A DNA stretch of 64,000 bases from positions 2,379-66,378 of IMG/VR virus record IMGVR_UViG_3300036846_001134. The stretch is one strand, 5' to 3'. Under the pieces are notes generated by a model. The model was not told the DNA's origin and did not search any database. It was given only the letters and a program-made list of their open reading frames with translations. The stretch comes from a virus. Both the position numbers and the translations under genes were made by a program. Below are positions 44,451 to 54,381 of the stretch, piece after piece. The first letter of the stretch is position 1. Every line of letters begins with the position of its first letter.

Positions 44451-45265
44451 TGGTTCAGGGCGGCGAACTTCAGCGCCCTGCCGCCCCCCTTCATCGGCTT
44501 CGCCTGCTGGTCATGGCCATAGGACAGACGCCGCACTTCCTTGCGCAGGGCATCCAGGCGCTTGGCGCCCGCGTTGGTCGAGCCGTCGCCCAGCGCGGCG
44601 ACAGTGGGCGCATCGACCACGTACTCCCCATCGCTCAACAGCACCCGGCGGCCGGCCGGCGTGGTCGCCTCGATCTCGTCGCTCTGGCCCGAGCCCGGCC
44701 CATGCAACAGGCCGCCCACCTGCATGCCGGCGGGCGGGGGAGCCGCAGGCGGCTGGCCGGGAGGGGGTCCCACTGGCGCCCCGCCCGGCTCGGCCGAAGG
44801 CTCGTCGTCCTCTTCCTCATCCGGCTCCTTCCCCTGCGAGAGCACCATCTGGCGCAGCTCGCGGAACTGCTCCTCGCCGAAGGTATCGATGAAGCGCTTG
44901 ACGGCTTCCTTGGGGTTGGGATGCTCCCCGCGTAGCGCCATCATGGCCTCGCCAACAATCTTCTGCAGACCAGCGTCGTGCGGCGAGAGATCGTCGGGCG
45001 AGCCTTTCAGGTCGCCGGGGTCGGGGGTGTCCACTTCCCCGCCCTCCGCCATGCCGAAGAGGCCGGTCTTGGCAAGCGTCTTGATCTTGGGCAAGGCCTT
45101 CTCCTTGGGCATGCTGACGCGCACCACGGTGGCGCGCCGCACCGGGTAGTTGTGCGGCTCGTGCCGCGCCGGGCTCGGTCCCCTGTCGGAGGGAATGTCC
45201 AGGCCGCGCTCGGGGCCTCCCGGCCCCATCATGCGCTCGATATTGCGAATCGGGTTATCGGGCAT
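44447..45265 (-). CDS. Putative virion protein
   Basis: GPGSGQSDEI...LSDGEYVV...LGDGSTNAGAKRLD motif. Confidence 0.75.
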   Translation of the reverse strand: MPDNPIRNIERMMGPGGPERGLDIPSDRGPSPARHEPHNYPVRRATVVRVSMPKEKALPKIKTLAKTGLFGMAEGGEVDTPDPGDLKGSPDDLSPHDAGLQKIVGEAMMALRGEHPNPKEAVKRFIDTFGEEQFRELRQMVLSQGKEPDEEEDDEPSAEPGGAPVGPPPGQPPAAPPPAGMQVGGLLHGPGSGQSDEIEATTPAGRRVLLSDGEYVVDAPTVAALGDGSTNAGAKRLDALRKEVRRLSYGHDQQAKPMKGGGRALKFAALNQ

Positions 45266-45267
45266 AT

Positions 45268-45516
45268 CTATGGATCTCCTTCCTGCACGATACTGATCAC
45301 CGGCGCGCCGCTCACGGTACGCACATACAACGTCCCGACCTTCAGACCTACCGTACTGGTCGGCTGGTCGGTCATGATGTAGCGCGCCGCAGTGACTTCC
45401 GCCAGCGCCTGGGCCTGGCCCATGTAATGGTTCACCGAGCGCACCAGCGCGGCAATATACTCCTGATTGTAAGTCGGCGGTGGATCGGGCAGCGTCTGTC
45501 TGACTTGTCGCGCCAT
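45268..45516 (-). CDS. Small virion protein
   Basis: LPDPPPTYNQEY; position in tail module. Confidence 0.65.
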   Translation of the reverse strand: MARQVRQTLPDPPPTYNQEYIAALVRSVNHYMGQAQALAEVTAARYIMTDQPTSTVGLKVGTLYVRTVSGAPVISIVQEGDP

Positions 45517-45518
45517 GG

Positions 45519-47429
45519 TTACCTCTTCCCGTCCGCTTGCAGGTCGGCGCGCAGCTCGCCCAACCGCCAGCCCACGCCAATGTCGTCGCTCTCGATCCGC
45601 ACCGAGAGCTGCCGCGCCCGCACCCGAATCCAGGCCTGCTGGGTCACCGGCGTCACAGTGAAGCGCGCGGCCACTTCCTTGTTGCCCAATGCCGCATTGC
45701 GCTTCAGGACGCTGACGCCCACCGTCTGCGTGGACGAGCTTCCGCGAAACTGCACGTCGGGAATCATGCGCCCCAGAAACAAAAAGTGATCGCCGCCGTT
45801 CTGGTCGAGATCGCTCGACTCCACCCAGGCCGGCAGGGCCGCGCCGTCGTTGTCGGTCCCGAGCTCGTGGTAGTAAAGCAGCTTGCTGGTGGTGCTCGCC
45901 GCAATCGGGTAGGCCGAGCGGCCCATATCCAGCCAGGCGGTGCGTTCCAGGTTGCCGATGGACCAGTTCTGATCCACGTAGTTATAAATCACGTACTTGT
46001 CGATCTCGTCCGACGACGACGAGGGATAGAACCAGATGACCTCGCTGAATGCGTGATTATGGCCCACGCAGATCTTATACTGCTGGGTGTAGTTGAGGTC
46101 GCTAAAAACATAGTCCTTCACCGCGCATGGCAGCTCCTGGACCTGGCCCGTATAAGCGTAAAAAATGCCCCTGTCCATCCAGAACAGCATGTTGCCCGCA
46201 TTGACCGCCGCGTTGGGGCCGATGATACTCAAGCCCTCGGCCACCACGTCAAAGCCGAAGATATAGGGCGTGCCGATGTATTTCATCGACCACAGACCCA
46301 GGTCGGTCCAGATCAGAATCTCCTGGCGCGTGCGCAGGGAGCTGATAATGTAAGACCCGCAAGACAGGCGCTGGCCGCCGGCCGAGGTGTCGCGGCGCGG
46401 CTCCCACTCGTAGGCATCTTCCTCGTTCGACCAGCGGACCAGCAATGGGTCCGGCTCGGTCGCCCCAATGTCGTCGCAGCCAAACGCGATCAGGTGGCGG
46501 TCATTGGGCGAGACCAAAATCTGCGCCGCGAAATTGGGCACCAGGTGGGGCGTGAAAGTAATGCTGCCTATGGTGATCGCCTGGTTGAGCGGCACGGCGG
46601 GGCTGCCCACTGTGGTCGCCTGGTGCCAGTAGTAGATCGGGCCGTGGCGGATGTTGGCCACCAGGTCCTCGCCAAAATTGTCCATGTCCCAGAGGCGCAA
46701 TTGAGATACGTCGAAGCCCACCGGATATAAGAGACGCGGATCGAAGCTCGCGCCCCAGCCGGTCCATTTAGTGCTTGGGTCCGGCGGAAGGGGGCCGGGA
46801 ATCAGATTATTGCCGCCGTTCCAGGGCGGGATGCCCCAGCCGGTGCCGACCACCGCGTTGTCCGGCCCCACCGGGACCTGGAAGGTGGCCGTAACCGCAG
46901 GCCCGCCGCCATTGACACCACTCCCCACCACGCCTGGCGCGGTGACCGTGAAATAGTTCGGATCGACAATCGAGACCACCTGGTATTGCTGATTCAGCTG
47001 AGCGGCGGTGATCGCGCCGACCGGGGTGGTCGCGCCCGAGAACGTCACAAAATCGCCAGGGGTGGTCATGCCGTGGAGGGGGCAATGGACCAGCAGGGTA
47101 TCGGTGCCGTGAGTCTGGAACGGATCGGCGCCCATGACAATCACCGCCCGCACCGGCGTGATGTCATAGTAAGTGTTGCCCCAATAGATATAGAGCTTCG
47201 CGTTGGTCCCCATTCCCACGTAGCGGTCAAATTCCACGCTCGACCACTGGTGCAGGCAGCGGCAGCTGCCCTGATAGGTCGCACGCGACACCGCCTCCCA
47301 GCCGCCGATCTTCTCCGGGAAGCCGGCGCGGAAGCGGATTTTGTCGGCGTCGTACCAGCCGCCCGAGTTGGCATACTCAGTCAACTCGCGCACGATCCCC
47401 GGCTTGAAGGTCAGCTTCTGAAGACTCAT
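45519..47429 (-). CDS. Tail nozzle / DNA stabilization protein
   Basis: GGWYDADKIRFR.GFPEKIGGW, LLVRWS, beta-propeller-like, WRLG.LRAD..DGKR end. Confidence 0.75.
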   Translation of the reverse strand: MSLQKLTFKPGIVRELTEYANSGGWYDADKIRFRAGFPEKIGGWEAVSRATYQGSCRCLHQWSSVEFDRYVGMGTNAKLYIYWGNTYYDITPVRAVIVMGADPFQTHGTDTLLVHCPLHGMTTPGDFVTFSGATTPVGAITAAQLNQQYQVVSIVDPNYFTVTAPGVVGSGVNGGGPAVTATFQVPVGPDNAVVGTGWGIPPWNGGNNLIPGPLPPDPSTKWTGWGASFDPRLLYPVGFDVSQLRLWDMDNFGEDLVANIRHGPIYYWHQATTVGSPAVPLNQAITIGSITFTPHLVPNFAAQILVSPNDRHLIAFGCDDIGATEPDPLLVRWSNEEDAYEWEPRRDTSAGGQRLSCGSYIISSLRTRQEILIWTDLGLWSMKYIGTPYIFGFDVVAEGLSIIGPNAAVNAGNMLFWMDRGIFYAYTGQVQELPCAVKDYVFSDLNYTQQYKICVGHNHAFSEVIWFYPSSSSDEIDKYVIYNYVDQNWSIGNLERTAWLDMGRSAYPIAASTTSKLLYYHELGTDNDGAALPAWVESSDLDQNGGDHFLFLGRMIPDVQFRGSSSTQTVGVSVLKRNAALGNKEVAARFTVTPVTQQAWIRVRARQLSVRIESDDIGVGWRLGELRADLQADGKR

Positions 47430-47776
47430 TTGGGCACGTTGACGTTGGCTAACTGCTCTAGGATCGGCTCCAGCCACTTACGGTCAGTCGCCGTGAAAAA
47501 CTGCGGCCAGTCATCGATGCATTTTTGGATGCGCGTCGTCTCAGCCTCAGAGAAGTCGAACCCCTTGACCGGCAGAGTTTTCGCCTGGTTCCAGGAAGGG
47601 ATCTCAACCCCGTTCTGTGAGGCGATGCGGTATTCGATGGCCTCCTTCTCTTCGTCAGTCAATTCCAGCCGGTCCTGCATCTTCCAGAACATCCGCATCT
47701 CGGCGACATTGGCGCGCTGCGCGCCCAACAGGGCAATCAGGTTCAGGCGTTGCTGGTGATCTAAAAACAGAGTCAT
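47426..47776 (-). CDS. Hypothetical tail-module protein
   Basis: AAGGAG RBS. Confidence 0.7.
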   Translation of the reverse strand: MTLFLDHQQRLNLIALLGAQRANVAEMRMFWKMQDRLELTDEEKEAIEYRIASQNGVEIPSWNQAKTLPVKGFDFSEAETTRIQKCIDDWPQFFTATDRKWLEPILEQLANVNVPK

Positions 47777-47784
47777 AGGTCTCC

Positions 47785-48072
47785 TTACATCAACTTATTG
47801 ACGACAGCCTCAACACTGCCTTGCAGCGCCGCATCGGTAATTTCCGCACCATCAGCCTGCACCGCAGAATCCATCACCACGGGCGGCTGGATTTGCATGG
47901 CGGCCTGATCGGGCTGCTGTAATGTGCTCGTCGCCCAGCGCAGGCGCGTGTTGTGCGCGGCGGTGCCCGTCGGCTCGCCGATGATACTGTCCGCATACTT
48001 GAGGGCGGCCACCTTGACCCTGCCCCGGAATTCCATATCCGTCATCAGCGCCGCGCTTTCTGTGTAAGTCAT
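47785..48072 (-). CDS. Hypothetical tail-module protein
   Basis: 95-aa ORF after the fiber gene. Confidence 0.7.
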   Translation of the reverse strand: MTYTESAALMTDMEFRGRVKVAALKYADSIIGEPTGTAAHNTRLRWATSTLQQPDQAAMQIQPPVVMDSAVQADGAEITDAALQGSVEAVVNKLM

Positions 48073-48085
48073 AATTCGCTTCCTT

Positions 48086-51000
48086 CTAACTTGCGTTGAG
48101 AGTTACAGTCTTGACCGTGCCGTTGGAGTATTTCAGGTAGATGAACATGACATTGGTGCTGGTGTTAATGTCAAAACTAATGGTTTGGTTGGGCTGGCCA
48201 GCCGGGATGGTCTGATTCTCCATCATCGTCAGATAGACGGTTGAGTCATCAGCCGACAGCATTGAATGGCCAGAAGTAGTGTTAAAGATAGAGAACTTGC
48301 CCGAGCCGACGACCCCGCCTGGGTTAATCCCCAGCTTCCATCTTCTGACAGAGTCCCAGACGATCAGTCCGGTGTCCTGCGTCCCGTTGGCGTTCTGTAT
48401 ATAGGCTTCGGTGTACCCCGAAATCGCATAAACATGGAGCAGGCCGGAAGGGCTTACCGTTCCGAGGCCCATGTAACCGTTCGACTGGATGATGGTGACA
48501 AGGTTGGCTGCGAAGGCCCCGGCGTCAGTGAGCCCCTGAAAGATCCAGCCGCCGCCAGTTATATTTTGTCCGCCATCGTAGACTAGCCTTCCTCGTTGAT
48601 GAGTAGCCACTCCGCTCGGGCTATAAAAGCCTAAACCGGGCTGCGTTTGGCTAAGCTCCAAAATCGTCTGCGGGCTTGCCGTGCCTATGCCGACTAGGCC
48701 CGACGAATTAATCCTCATCACCTCAGTCCACGCGGCAGCGTTCTGGCGCATCCCGAAAGCGAGATCGCTGGCCGCGCCGACCAGGGAGGCGATCTTCCAG
48801 CCGTACCCCGTTCCACCCGCGTACGCGAACTCCAGTCCACCGACCCCCGCCAAAGCGCCAATGGCCGCGCCCGCAATTTGCACCACCCCCGGATTCGTCG
48901 CCGCGCCAGAACCGCCGGTAGTAGCGCCTGCCTGCAAGAGGGCTGCGGGTGCTGCCGTCCCGATGCCCACGTTACCGCCCTGTTCACACAGTGTGATATT
49001 TCGGAATGAAACACCCTGCTCGACGCAGCTTATCGCAAGCCTGCGGTTTCCAGCCGTGGGATCACACTGAAGAGAGAAGAAAGCCTGCAACTGGTTGGAA
49101 GCATCCGAACTGGAAATGGAATATGGATAATTTCCTGAGGTAGCCTTCGCGCCTCCAGTAATGATCACGCCATTCAGCGCCCCGATCTGGCCAGACACAT
49201 CGAGCTTTTGCGCGGGGCTTGTCGTCCCGATGCCCACGTTACCCCCCGCCGCGTTGAGCATTATGTCCATGCCGACTGGCGCGGCGTCACCGTTGACGGC
49301 CTGAATGTAAGCACGGTTTTGCGCTGAGTCCATGCCCAGAATCAGCCGCCGGTTAGAGTCATTGTTCTGGCCGAGAGTAAGCGTGCCAGCGATGCCCGTA
49401 TAGGGATAGTTTGTCGCGCTATAGACATGCAATGGTCCTGCGGGACTTGCCCCCGTCCCGATGCCCACCAGGCCCGCCGCCGTGACCCGCATCCGTTCGC
49501 CCCAGTTACCTGCATTGCAGGTCCAGAAGGCTATCTCAGAAGCGCTGCCATTGCCAGGGTTAGACACAATCGTGCCTACAGGATTACTACCTGCGGTGTC
49601 ATACCCCAACAGGATGCCTCGATAATTAGTGTGGTCCTGCAAAAATGCGGCATTGGTATAGCAGGTGCCGCCAGGACCATGCTGAGTGCCGACTCCTACC
49701 ACCTCAAACTGCCGCACGGGGCTTGCCGTCCCCACGCCCAGCCGGTGATTCGTCGCATCCCAAACGAAGAGCCCCGTATCTGCCGTGAACGCGCCGCTTG
49801 ACCCGCGAAATTGTACGTCGCCGGTAGCACCAGCCGCAGTGCCGCCGCCAGCAGGCACCGCCCACGTCGCATCCTCGCGCAGGAAGCGCGTCGTACCGGC
49901 CGTCGCGCCAGGGTCGGGAACCATGCCCGCCGCGTGAGACGCGCCACTGGCACCCATCAGAACCGTGGTGAACGTGCGATCCGCGCTCAGGTCGCCACCG
50001 CCGCTAAAACCGGGGCCGCTGGCAAGTACCTGGCGAGTGGCCGGCACGGCGCCGATGGAACCCACCGTAACCACCGCCCAGCTTGCATCCTCACGCAGGA
50101 AACGCGTGGCGCCGGCACTGGCGCCAGGGTCGGGCACCATACCCACTGCGTGCGACGCCCCGGAGGCGACAAACATAACCCCGGTGATGGTGCGATCCGC
50201 GCTCAGGTCGCCACCGCCCGTCAGACCGTTGGCCGTCAGGATCTGACGGGTCGGCGGTACGGTGGCGGGAGCGCCCGTGATCTTGCCATAGGCGAGTGCG
50301 GTGATCCAGGCCGGATTTGCATAGGAACCCGTGGAGTCCACCGCGTTGGTCACCTGTGCGGCGCTGTAATCGCCGGTCACCTGAACCACCGCGCCGGTGC
50401 GGCCGAAGACCGTGGTTACATTGCCCGCGCCGCCGCCCACCGCGACCCACTTTATGCCGAGTGCTTGCGTACTGTCGGCGGTCAGCACAAAGCCATCCGT
50501 ACCGACCGGCAGGCGGGCCGCCGGGGCCGGGAGCGCCGCCCCGCGCGTGATCAGATCGCCTTTCGTCGTCGTCGGATCATCCATCCCGCCGCCGCTACCG
50601 CCAGGGGGCACCGCCCAGCTCGCGTCCTCACGCAGGTAGCGTGTGGCGCCCGCAGTCGCGCCAGGATCAGGGACCAGGCCTACTCCGTGCGGCGCGCCGG
50701 AGGCGCCCATCAGAACCGCATCAAGCGTAATGCTGGTTCCAGCAAGGGTTCCGCCACCGACCAGGCCCACGCCCGCAATCACCTGGAAGGTAGTCGGCAC
50801 CACGCCGAGAGAGCTGGGAGTGACCGCGATCCACATCGCGTCCTCGCGCAGGTAGCGCGTGTTTCCCGCCGTCGATCCCGGATCGGGCGCGAGGCCCGCC
50901 GCGTGCGTGGCTCCAGACTTGACCATCACGGGCGCGGAGAGTGTCACATCCCCCGTGAGCGCACCGCCACCAGTGAGGCCGGGGCCGGCCAGCACCTGGC

Positions 51001-51685
51001 GCGCCACCGGCACGTAGGAGTTAGCCGGCAAAGTCACACTGCCGGTAACCGTCAAGCTGCCGATGGTGGCCGTGCCGGGAATGCTCACGCTGCCGCTGAA
51101 GGTCTTATTGCCGGCGAAAGTCTGCGCGGCCGTGGTGACCACACCGCGCGAGACCGGCCCCGCGTCGGGGACGTTGATCGTGGCCGCGTTGCCGAAGATC
51201 ACCGGCGAGCCCACGATGTTCACGTCGTTGCCCGAGCCTCCCGCCGCAAGCGAGATGAAGTTCGGGTTCATGTTGAACGTGCTCGGGTAGGCGGGAATCC
51301 ACTTGGTGCCGTCCCACTCCAGGAACATGCCGGGCTGGCCGCCAAGCGAGGAAAGCTGCAAGGGCGAGATGATTACCGAAGGCGATGGCGGGAAAGAGAC
51401 CCGCACCTGTCCCAGGGTCGCCGTGACCACGTTGGGAATGATCCAGTACTCCAACTGGACCGCGCCGTTTTCCAGCTCGTACTTGGCGGTGTAGTAGCTG
51501 CCCAGCGGCTGCGCGTAGGCGTTAGCCTGAAGCGAAACACTTAGCTGGCCGGCGACGATATCGGTCTCCACCTGACCGCCGACGAACGAGACACCACTTA
51601 CAGTGAACGGCTGCCAGCTAATCACCAGCCGGCCGTTGGCCAGGCTGCCATCTGCGTAATAAACCGTGTCCTGAATCGTCGTCAT
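48086..51685 (-). CDS. Tail fiber protein
   Basis: G.VPDPGATAGATR.LREDASW repeats, VFGRTGAV, TTKGDLI, several G.VGIGT.SP repeats. Confidence 0.85.
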   Translation of the reverse strand: MTTIQDTVYYADGSLANGRLVISWQPFTVSGVSFVGGQVETDIVAGQLSVSLQANAYAQPLGSYYTAKYELENGAVQLEYWIIPNVVTATLGQVRVSFPPSPSVIISPLQLSSLGGQPGMFLEWDGTKWIPAYPSTFNMNPNFISLAAGGSGNDVNIVGSPVIFGNAATINVPDAGPVSRGVVTTAAQTFAGNKTFSGSVSIPGTATIGSLTVTGSVTLPANSYVPVARQVLAGPGLTGGGALTGDVTLSAPVMVKSGATHAAGLAPDPGSTAGNTRYLREDAMWIAVTPSSLGVVPTTFQVIAGVGLVGGGTLAGTSITLDAVLMGASGAPHGVGLVPDPGATAGATRYLREDASWAVPPGGSGGGMDDPTTTKGDLITRGAALPAPAARLPVGTDGFVLTADSTQALGIKWVAVGGGAGNVTTVFGRTGAVVQVTGDYSAAQVTNAVDSTGSYANPAWITALAYGKITGAPATVPPTRQILTANGLTGGGDLSADRTITGVMFVASGASHAVGMVPDPGASAGATRFLREDASWAVVTVGSIGAVPATRQVLASGPGFSGGGDLSADRTFTTVLMGASGASHAAGMVPDPGATAGTTRFLREDATWAVPAGGGTAAGATGDVQFRGSSGAFTADTGLFVWDATNHRLGVGTASPVRQFEVVGVGTQHGPGGTCYTNAAFLQDHTNYRGILLGYDTAGSNPVGTIVSNPGNGSASEIAFWTCNAGNWGERMRVTAAGLVGIGTGASPAGPLHVYSATNYPYTGIAGTLTLGQNNDSNRRLILGMDSAQNRAYIQAVNGDAAPVGMDIMLNAAGGNVGIGTTSPAQKLDVSGQIGALNGVIITGGAKATSGNYPYSISSSDASNQLQAFFSLQCDPTAGNRRLAISCVEQGVSFRNITLCEQGGNVGIGTAAPAALLQAGATTGGSGAATNPGVVQIAGAAIGALAGVGGLEFAYAGGTGYGWKIASLVGAASDLAFGMRQNAAAWTEVMRINSSGLVGIGTASPQTILELSQTQPGLGFYSPSGVATHQRGRLVYDGGQNITGGGWIFQGLTDAGAFAANLVTIIQSNGYMGLGTVSPSGLLHVYAISGYTEAYIQNANGTQDTGLIVWDSVRRWKLGINPGGVVGSGKFSIFNTTSGHSMLSADDSTVYLTMMENQTIPAGQPNQTISFDINTSTNVMFIYLKYSNGTVKTVTLNAS

Positions 51686-51688
51686 GGG

Positions 51689-53131
51689 TCACTGGACGAT
51701 AATGCCGTGCCAGACAGTGAGTGGACCGCTCGGCGAGGAGACCTGCCCGCTAAAGCCGTTGTGCGCAATGTGGCTACTGTCATAAGCGGCGAAATTGCCG
51801 CAAAGGATTGTGCCCTGCGAAGTGATATTGCCTGGTGTTGTGATACTTGCCGGACTGAACGCCCCGCTCACACTAAGGGAGCCACCCACGGTAGCGCCGC
51901 CAGCAAGCGTCAGACTGCCTACTGGATCAAGGCTCGCCATAATCTGGGCTGCTGAATTTTGCCACTGTTGCAGATCGCCGGTCTGGCCGACGGCTCCGCG
52001 TAGAATCAGAATCGGCGCGCTCACCGCCATCGGCGATCCCGCATTGGCCACATTGAGAACGCCCCCGAAATCGACGGCCAGGCCAATCGCAGTATGTCCG
52101 GTATTGCGAAAGCCAAGCAGGTGGGTCCAGCCAACCGAGTTGTCATCGAACTGCGTGCCGATAAAGAGATTGCCTCCCACATTACTACCCGATTCCGCAG
52201 CATTAGTGACACCAAAACTCGCGCGAAGCAGGCCAGCAGTCGCGCAAACCACCCGCTTGGCGGTCCCGCTCGGGCCGTCGAACCAAGCCTCTGGCGCCAG
52301 GCCGCCGCCGACGTGGAGGGGATGCGCCGGCGTCACACCGATTCCCAGGCCTTGCCCCGGCCCCCAGTGGAAGGTTGTATCCTGCGCCAGGTTGCCGGAC
52401 CCGTCCGCAAAGAAAACCCGATTGGCAACGGCCGAAACAATCGGCGCACCAATGCCGATAGAGGTATTGATCGTGGCCCACACTGGGCCGGCCGCAGTTG
52501 CCTCCAGGAACTGACCGACGGCGCCATTCGCCAGGCGCGCCACCCCGCCGGCCGCCGAGCGGTAATACATGTCGTATGGCGCGTCGCTGCCCAGGTTCAG
52601 AGCCAACGAGGGCGAGATGGTCACTCCGTTTGCGAAAGCCGCCGCGCCAGAAAAGGTCTGCGAGCCCTGCACTATAAGCGAAGTAATCACCAGCAAGGTG
52701 TCAGTTTGTAAGTCGCTGGTGAAACCCTTGACTACCGCGCCCGCGCCTCCCCCATCGGCGTAGACAATCGCGGAATGCCCAGCCTGAAGAGTGAATGACC
52801 CGCCGCTCCCCTGCTGAATCACCAGGCTGAATCCACCCGTTGTGTGGTTGCGGATGTAGTAAATTTTTTGCGCCGTGTTGGGCGTGATGTTGATGGTGGC
52901 ATCGGCGCTCAAGGCGCCGGTAAATTCAATGACCTTGTTGCGGCCGGTGCTCGGCACGCCCTGGCTGGTGGCGAGTGAGTAGCTGCTGGACGACAGCGCA
53001 ATGATAAGATTGCCGTCGGTTGCCATGTCCAGAAAGTCATAGCTGCTGTTGGCCGTGACTCCCCAGGTGCCGGCCTGCTCGCCGGTGGCGGGTTTCTCCA
53101 GTCCAAGATTATTCGTATAAGTGGACGGCAT
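51689..53131 (-). CDS. Tail fiber/spike protein
   Basis: STYTNNLGLEKPATGEQAGTWG N-terminal anchor; Gly-rich beta repeats. Confidence 0.75.
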   Translation of the reverse strand: MPSTYTNNLGLEKPATGEQAGTWGVTANSSYDFLDMATDGNLIIALSSSSYSLATSQGVPSTGRNKVIEFTGALSADATINITPNTAQKIYYIRNHTTGGFSLVIQQGSGGSFTLQAGHSAIVYADGGGAGAVVKGFTSDLQTDTLLVITSLIVQGSQTFSGAAAFANGVTISPSLALNLGSDAPYDMYYRSAAGGVARLANGAVGQFLEATAAGPVWATINTSIGIGAPIVSAVANRVFFADGSGNLAQDTTFHWGPGQGLGIGVTPAHPLHVGGGLAPEAWFDGPSGTAKRVVCATAGLLRASFGVTNAAESGSNVGGNLFIGTQFDDNSVGWTHLLGFRNTGHTAIGLAVDFGGVLNVANAGSPMAVSAPILILRGAVGQTGDLQQWQNSAAQIMASLDPVGSLTLAGGATVGGSLSVSGAFSPASITTPGNITSQGTILCGNFAAYDSSHIAHNGFSGQVSSPSGPLTVWHGIIVQ

Positions 53132-53132
53132 G

Positions 53133-53330
53133 TTATTCGGTCTCCCCAAACCGCCAGAGCGGCGGCTCCGACCGCCAGGTCCCGCGCGGCACCGATTTCA
53201 CACTCCAGCGCGCGGAAGGCGGACGCTGCTCGTGCCACAGGTTGGCCACCATGACCTGACCAACCGCGCCCAGCAAGGCGGGCGTGTAAGCCTGCGCGAC
53301 GACGGTGATCTTTGCATTCGGGTCGGTCAT
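53133..53330 (-). CDS. Small tail-module protein
   Basis: Coupled ORF. Confidence 0.55.
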   Translation of the reverse strand: MTDPNAKITVVAQAYTPALLGAVGQVMVANLWHEQRPPSARWSVKSVPRGTWRSEPPLWRFGETE

Positions 53331-53752
53331 GAGAATCGAATCAGCGCCGTGTTCACTCCAGCCGGCGGGAACAGAACGTGGAAATCTCCCAGGTTGCTCA
53401 CCTGGTCGCTGCCGAAATTAATCACCGCCACCGCGCGCTGCTGCTTGGTCTGGTTGTAGAGCAGGGCGCCATACGCGGTAATCTGCGAGTTGGACCAGAT
53501 GGGATCGTTGAAGGTGACGAACGCGACCCGCGCGCCCGGATCGAGCAGCACCTGCGGGCCAGTCAGGATCTTACCGCCCGCCACGTAACCGGCCGCCACG
53601 GCCTCGCCGTCGGGCACGTAGATAATCGTGTTCGGGCCGATTGTCGCCGCCGAGGTGTAGAGCGCGAGCTTGAACTGATCGTTCATGAAATCGTGAATTG
53701 CGAGCAGGGTTTCCTGCTTGAAGCTGGAGCACAAAACCGAGGTGGAGATCAT
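53327..53752 (-). CDS. Virion structural protein
   Basis: CSSFKQE...FKLALYTS...GY.AGG...AYGALLYN. Confidence 0.8.
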   Translation of the reverse strand: MISTSVLCSSFKQETLLAIHDFMNDQFKLALYTSAATIGPNTIIYVPDGEAVAAGYVAGGKILTGPQVLLDPGARVAFVTFNDPIWSNSQITAYGALLYNQTKQQRAVAVINFGSDQVSNLGDFHVLFPPAGVNTALIRFS

Positions 53753-54381
53753 ACCTTCACCCTTATATCTGGCTCGGTGTAGGTATCCTTCTTGGCGCGG
53801 CCCTTGGCATACTGCTGATCCATCGCCAGGTCTTTCTCGAACGCGCTGTTATAGCGCTGGTACAAGTTGTCCTCGGTTTTCATGTAAGTGCAGGCTTCGA
53901 CCAGCGCGCCCGTGACCAGCGCGTGGGCGAAGTGATCACCCATCCAGCTAACACCAGTGACGATGATGGACGGCGGCTGAAAGTAGTAAGCCATATCGAG
54001 CGTACAATCGTTTTCCGGCACCGGCCCGAACAGCATGGCGCTCTCGTTGATCATGGCGTAGAAGCGCGGCATGCCAAGCTCTGACAACGGGTAGCACTCA
54101 CGAATGAACTCGGGGTCCTTGGGAAGCAGGAGCTCCCTCTCCAAGGTGACCAGGTCGGTGACGCGCATCGAATCCGGCGACAGGAAGTCGCCCGGCATGG
54201 CCAGCTGATCGGTACCGAGCGGCAGCGAGCCGGTGGCTTCCTTCCTGAAGTTCGGCAGCCTCACGCGCAGGAGGACGCGGCTCTCCGCCAGCTGAATGAA
54301 CAGGTCCACATTGTCCACGAAGCTGGCCTCGAAGTTCTCGCTGTACTCCTGAATGGCGGCCCGCAGCTCGACGTAGTTCAT
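53749..54381 (-). CDS. Head-tail adaptor (tail tubular A-like)
   Basis: MNYVELRAAI...FIQLAE...GMPRFYA...FGPVP...GALVEA. Confidence 0.75.
   Translation of the reverse strand: MNYVELRAAIQEYSENFEASFVDNVDLFIQLAESRVLLRVRLPNFRKEATGSLPLGTDQLAMPGDFLSPDSMRVTDLVTLERELLLPKDPEFIRECYPLSELGMPRFYAMINESAMLFGPVPENDCTLDMAYYFQPPSIIVTGVSWMGDHFAHALVTGALVEACTYMKTEDNLYQRYNSAFEKDLAMDQQYAKGRAKKDTYTEPDIRVKV

Noticed and set aside
48086-51685. Diversity-generating retroelement target
   Set aside because: No reverse transcriptase and no adenine-specific TR/VR pair seen
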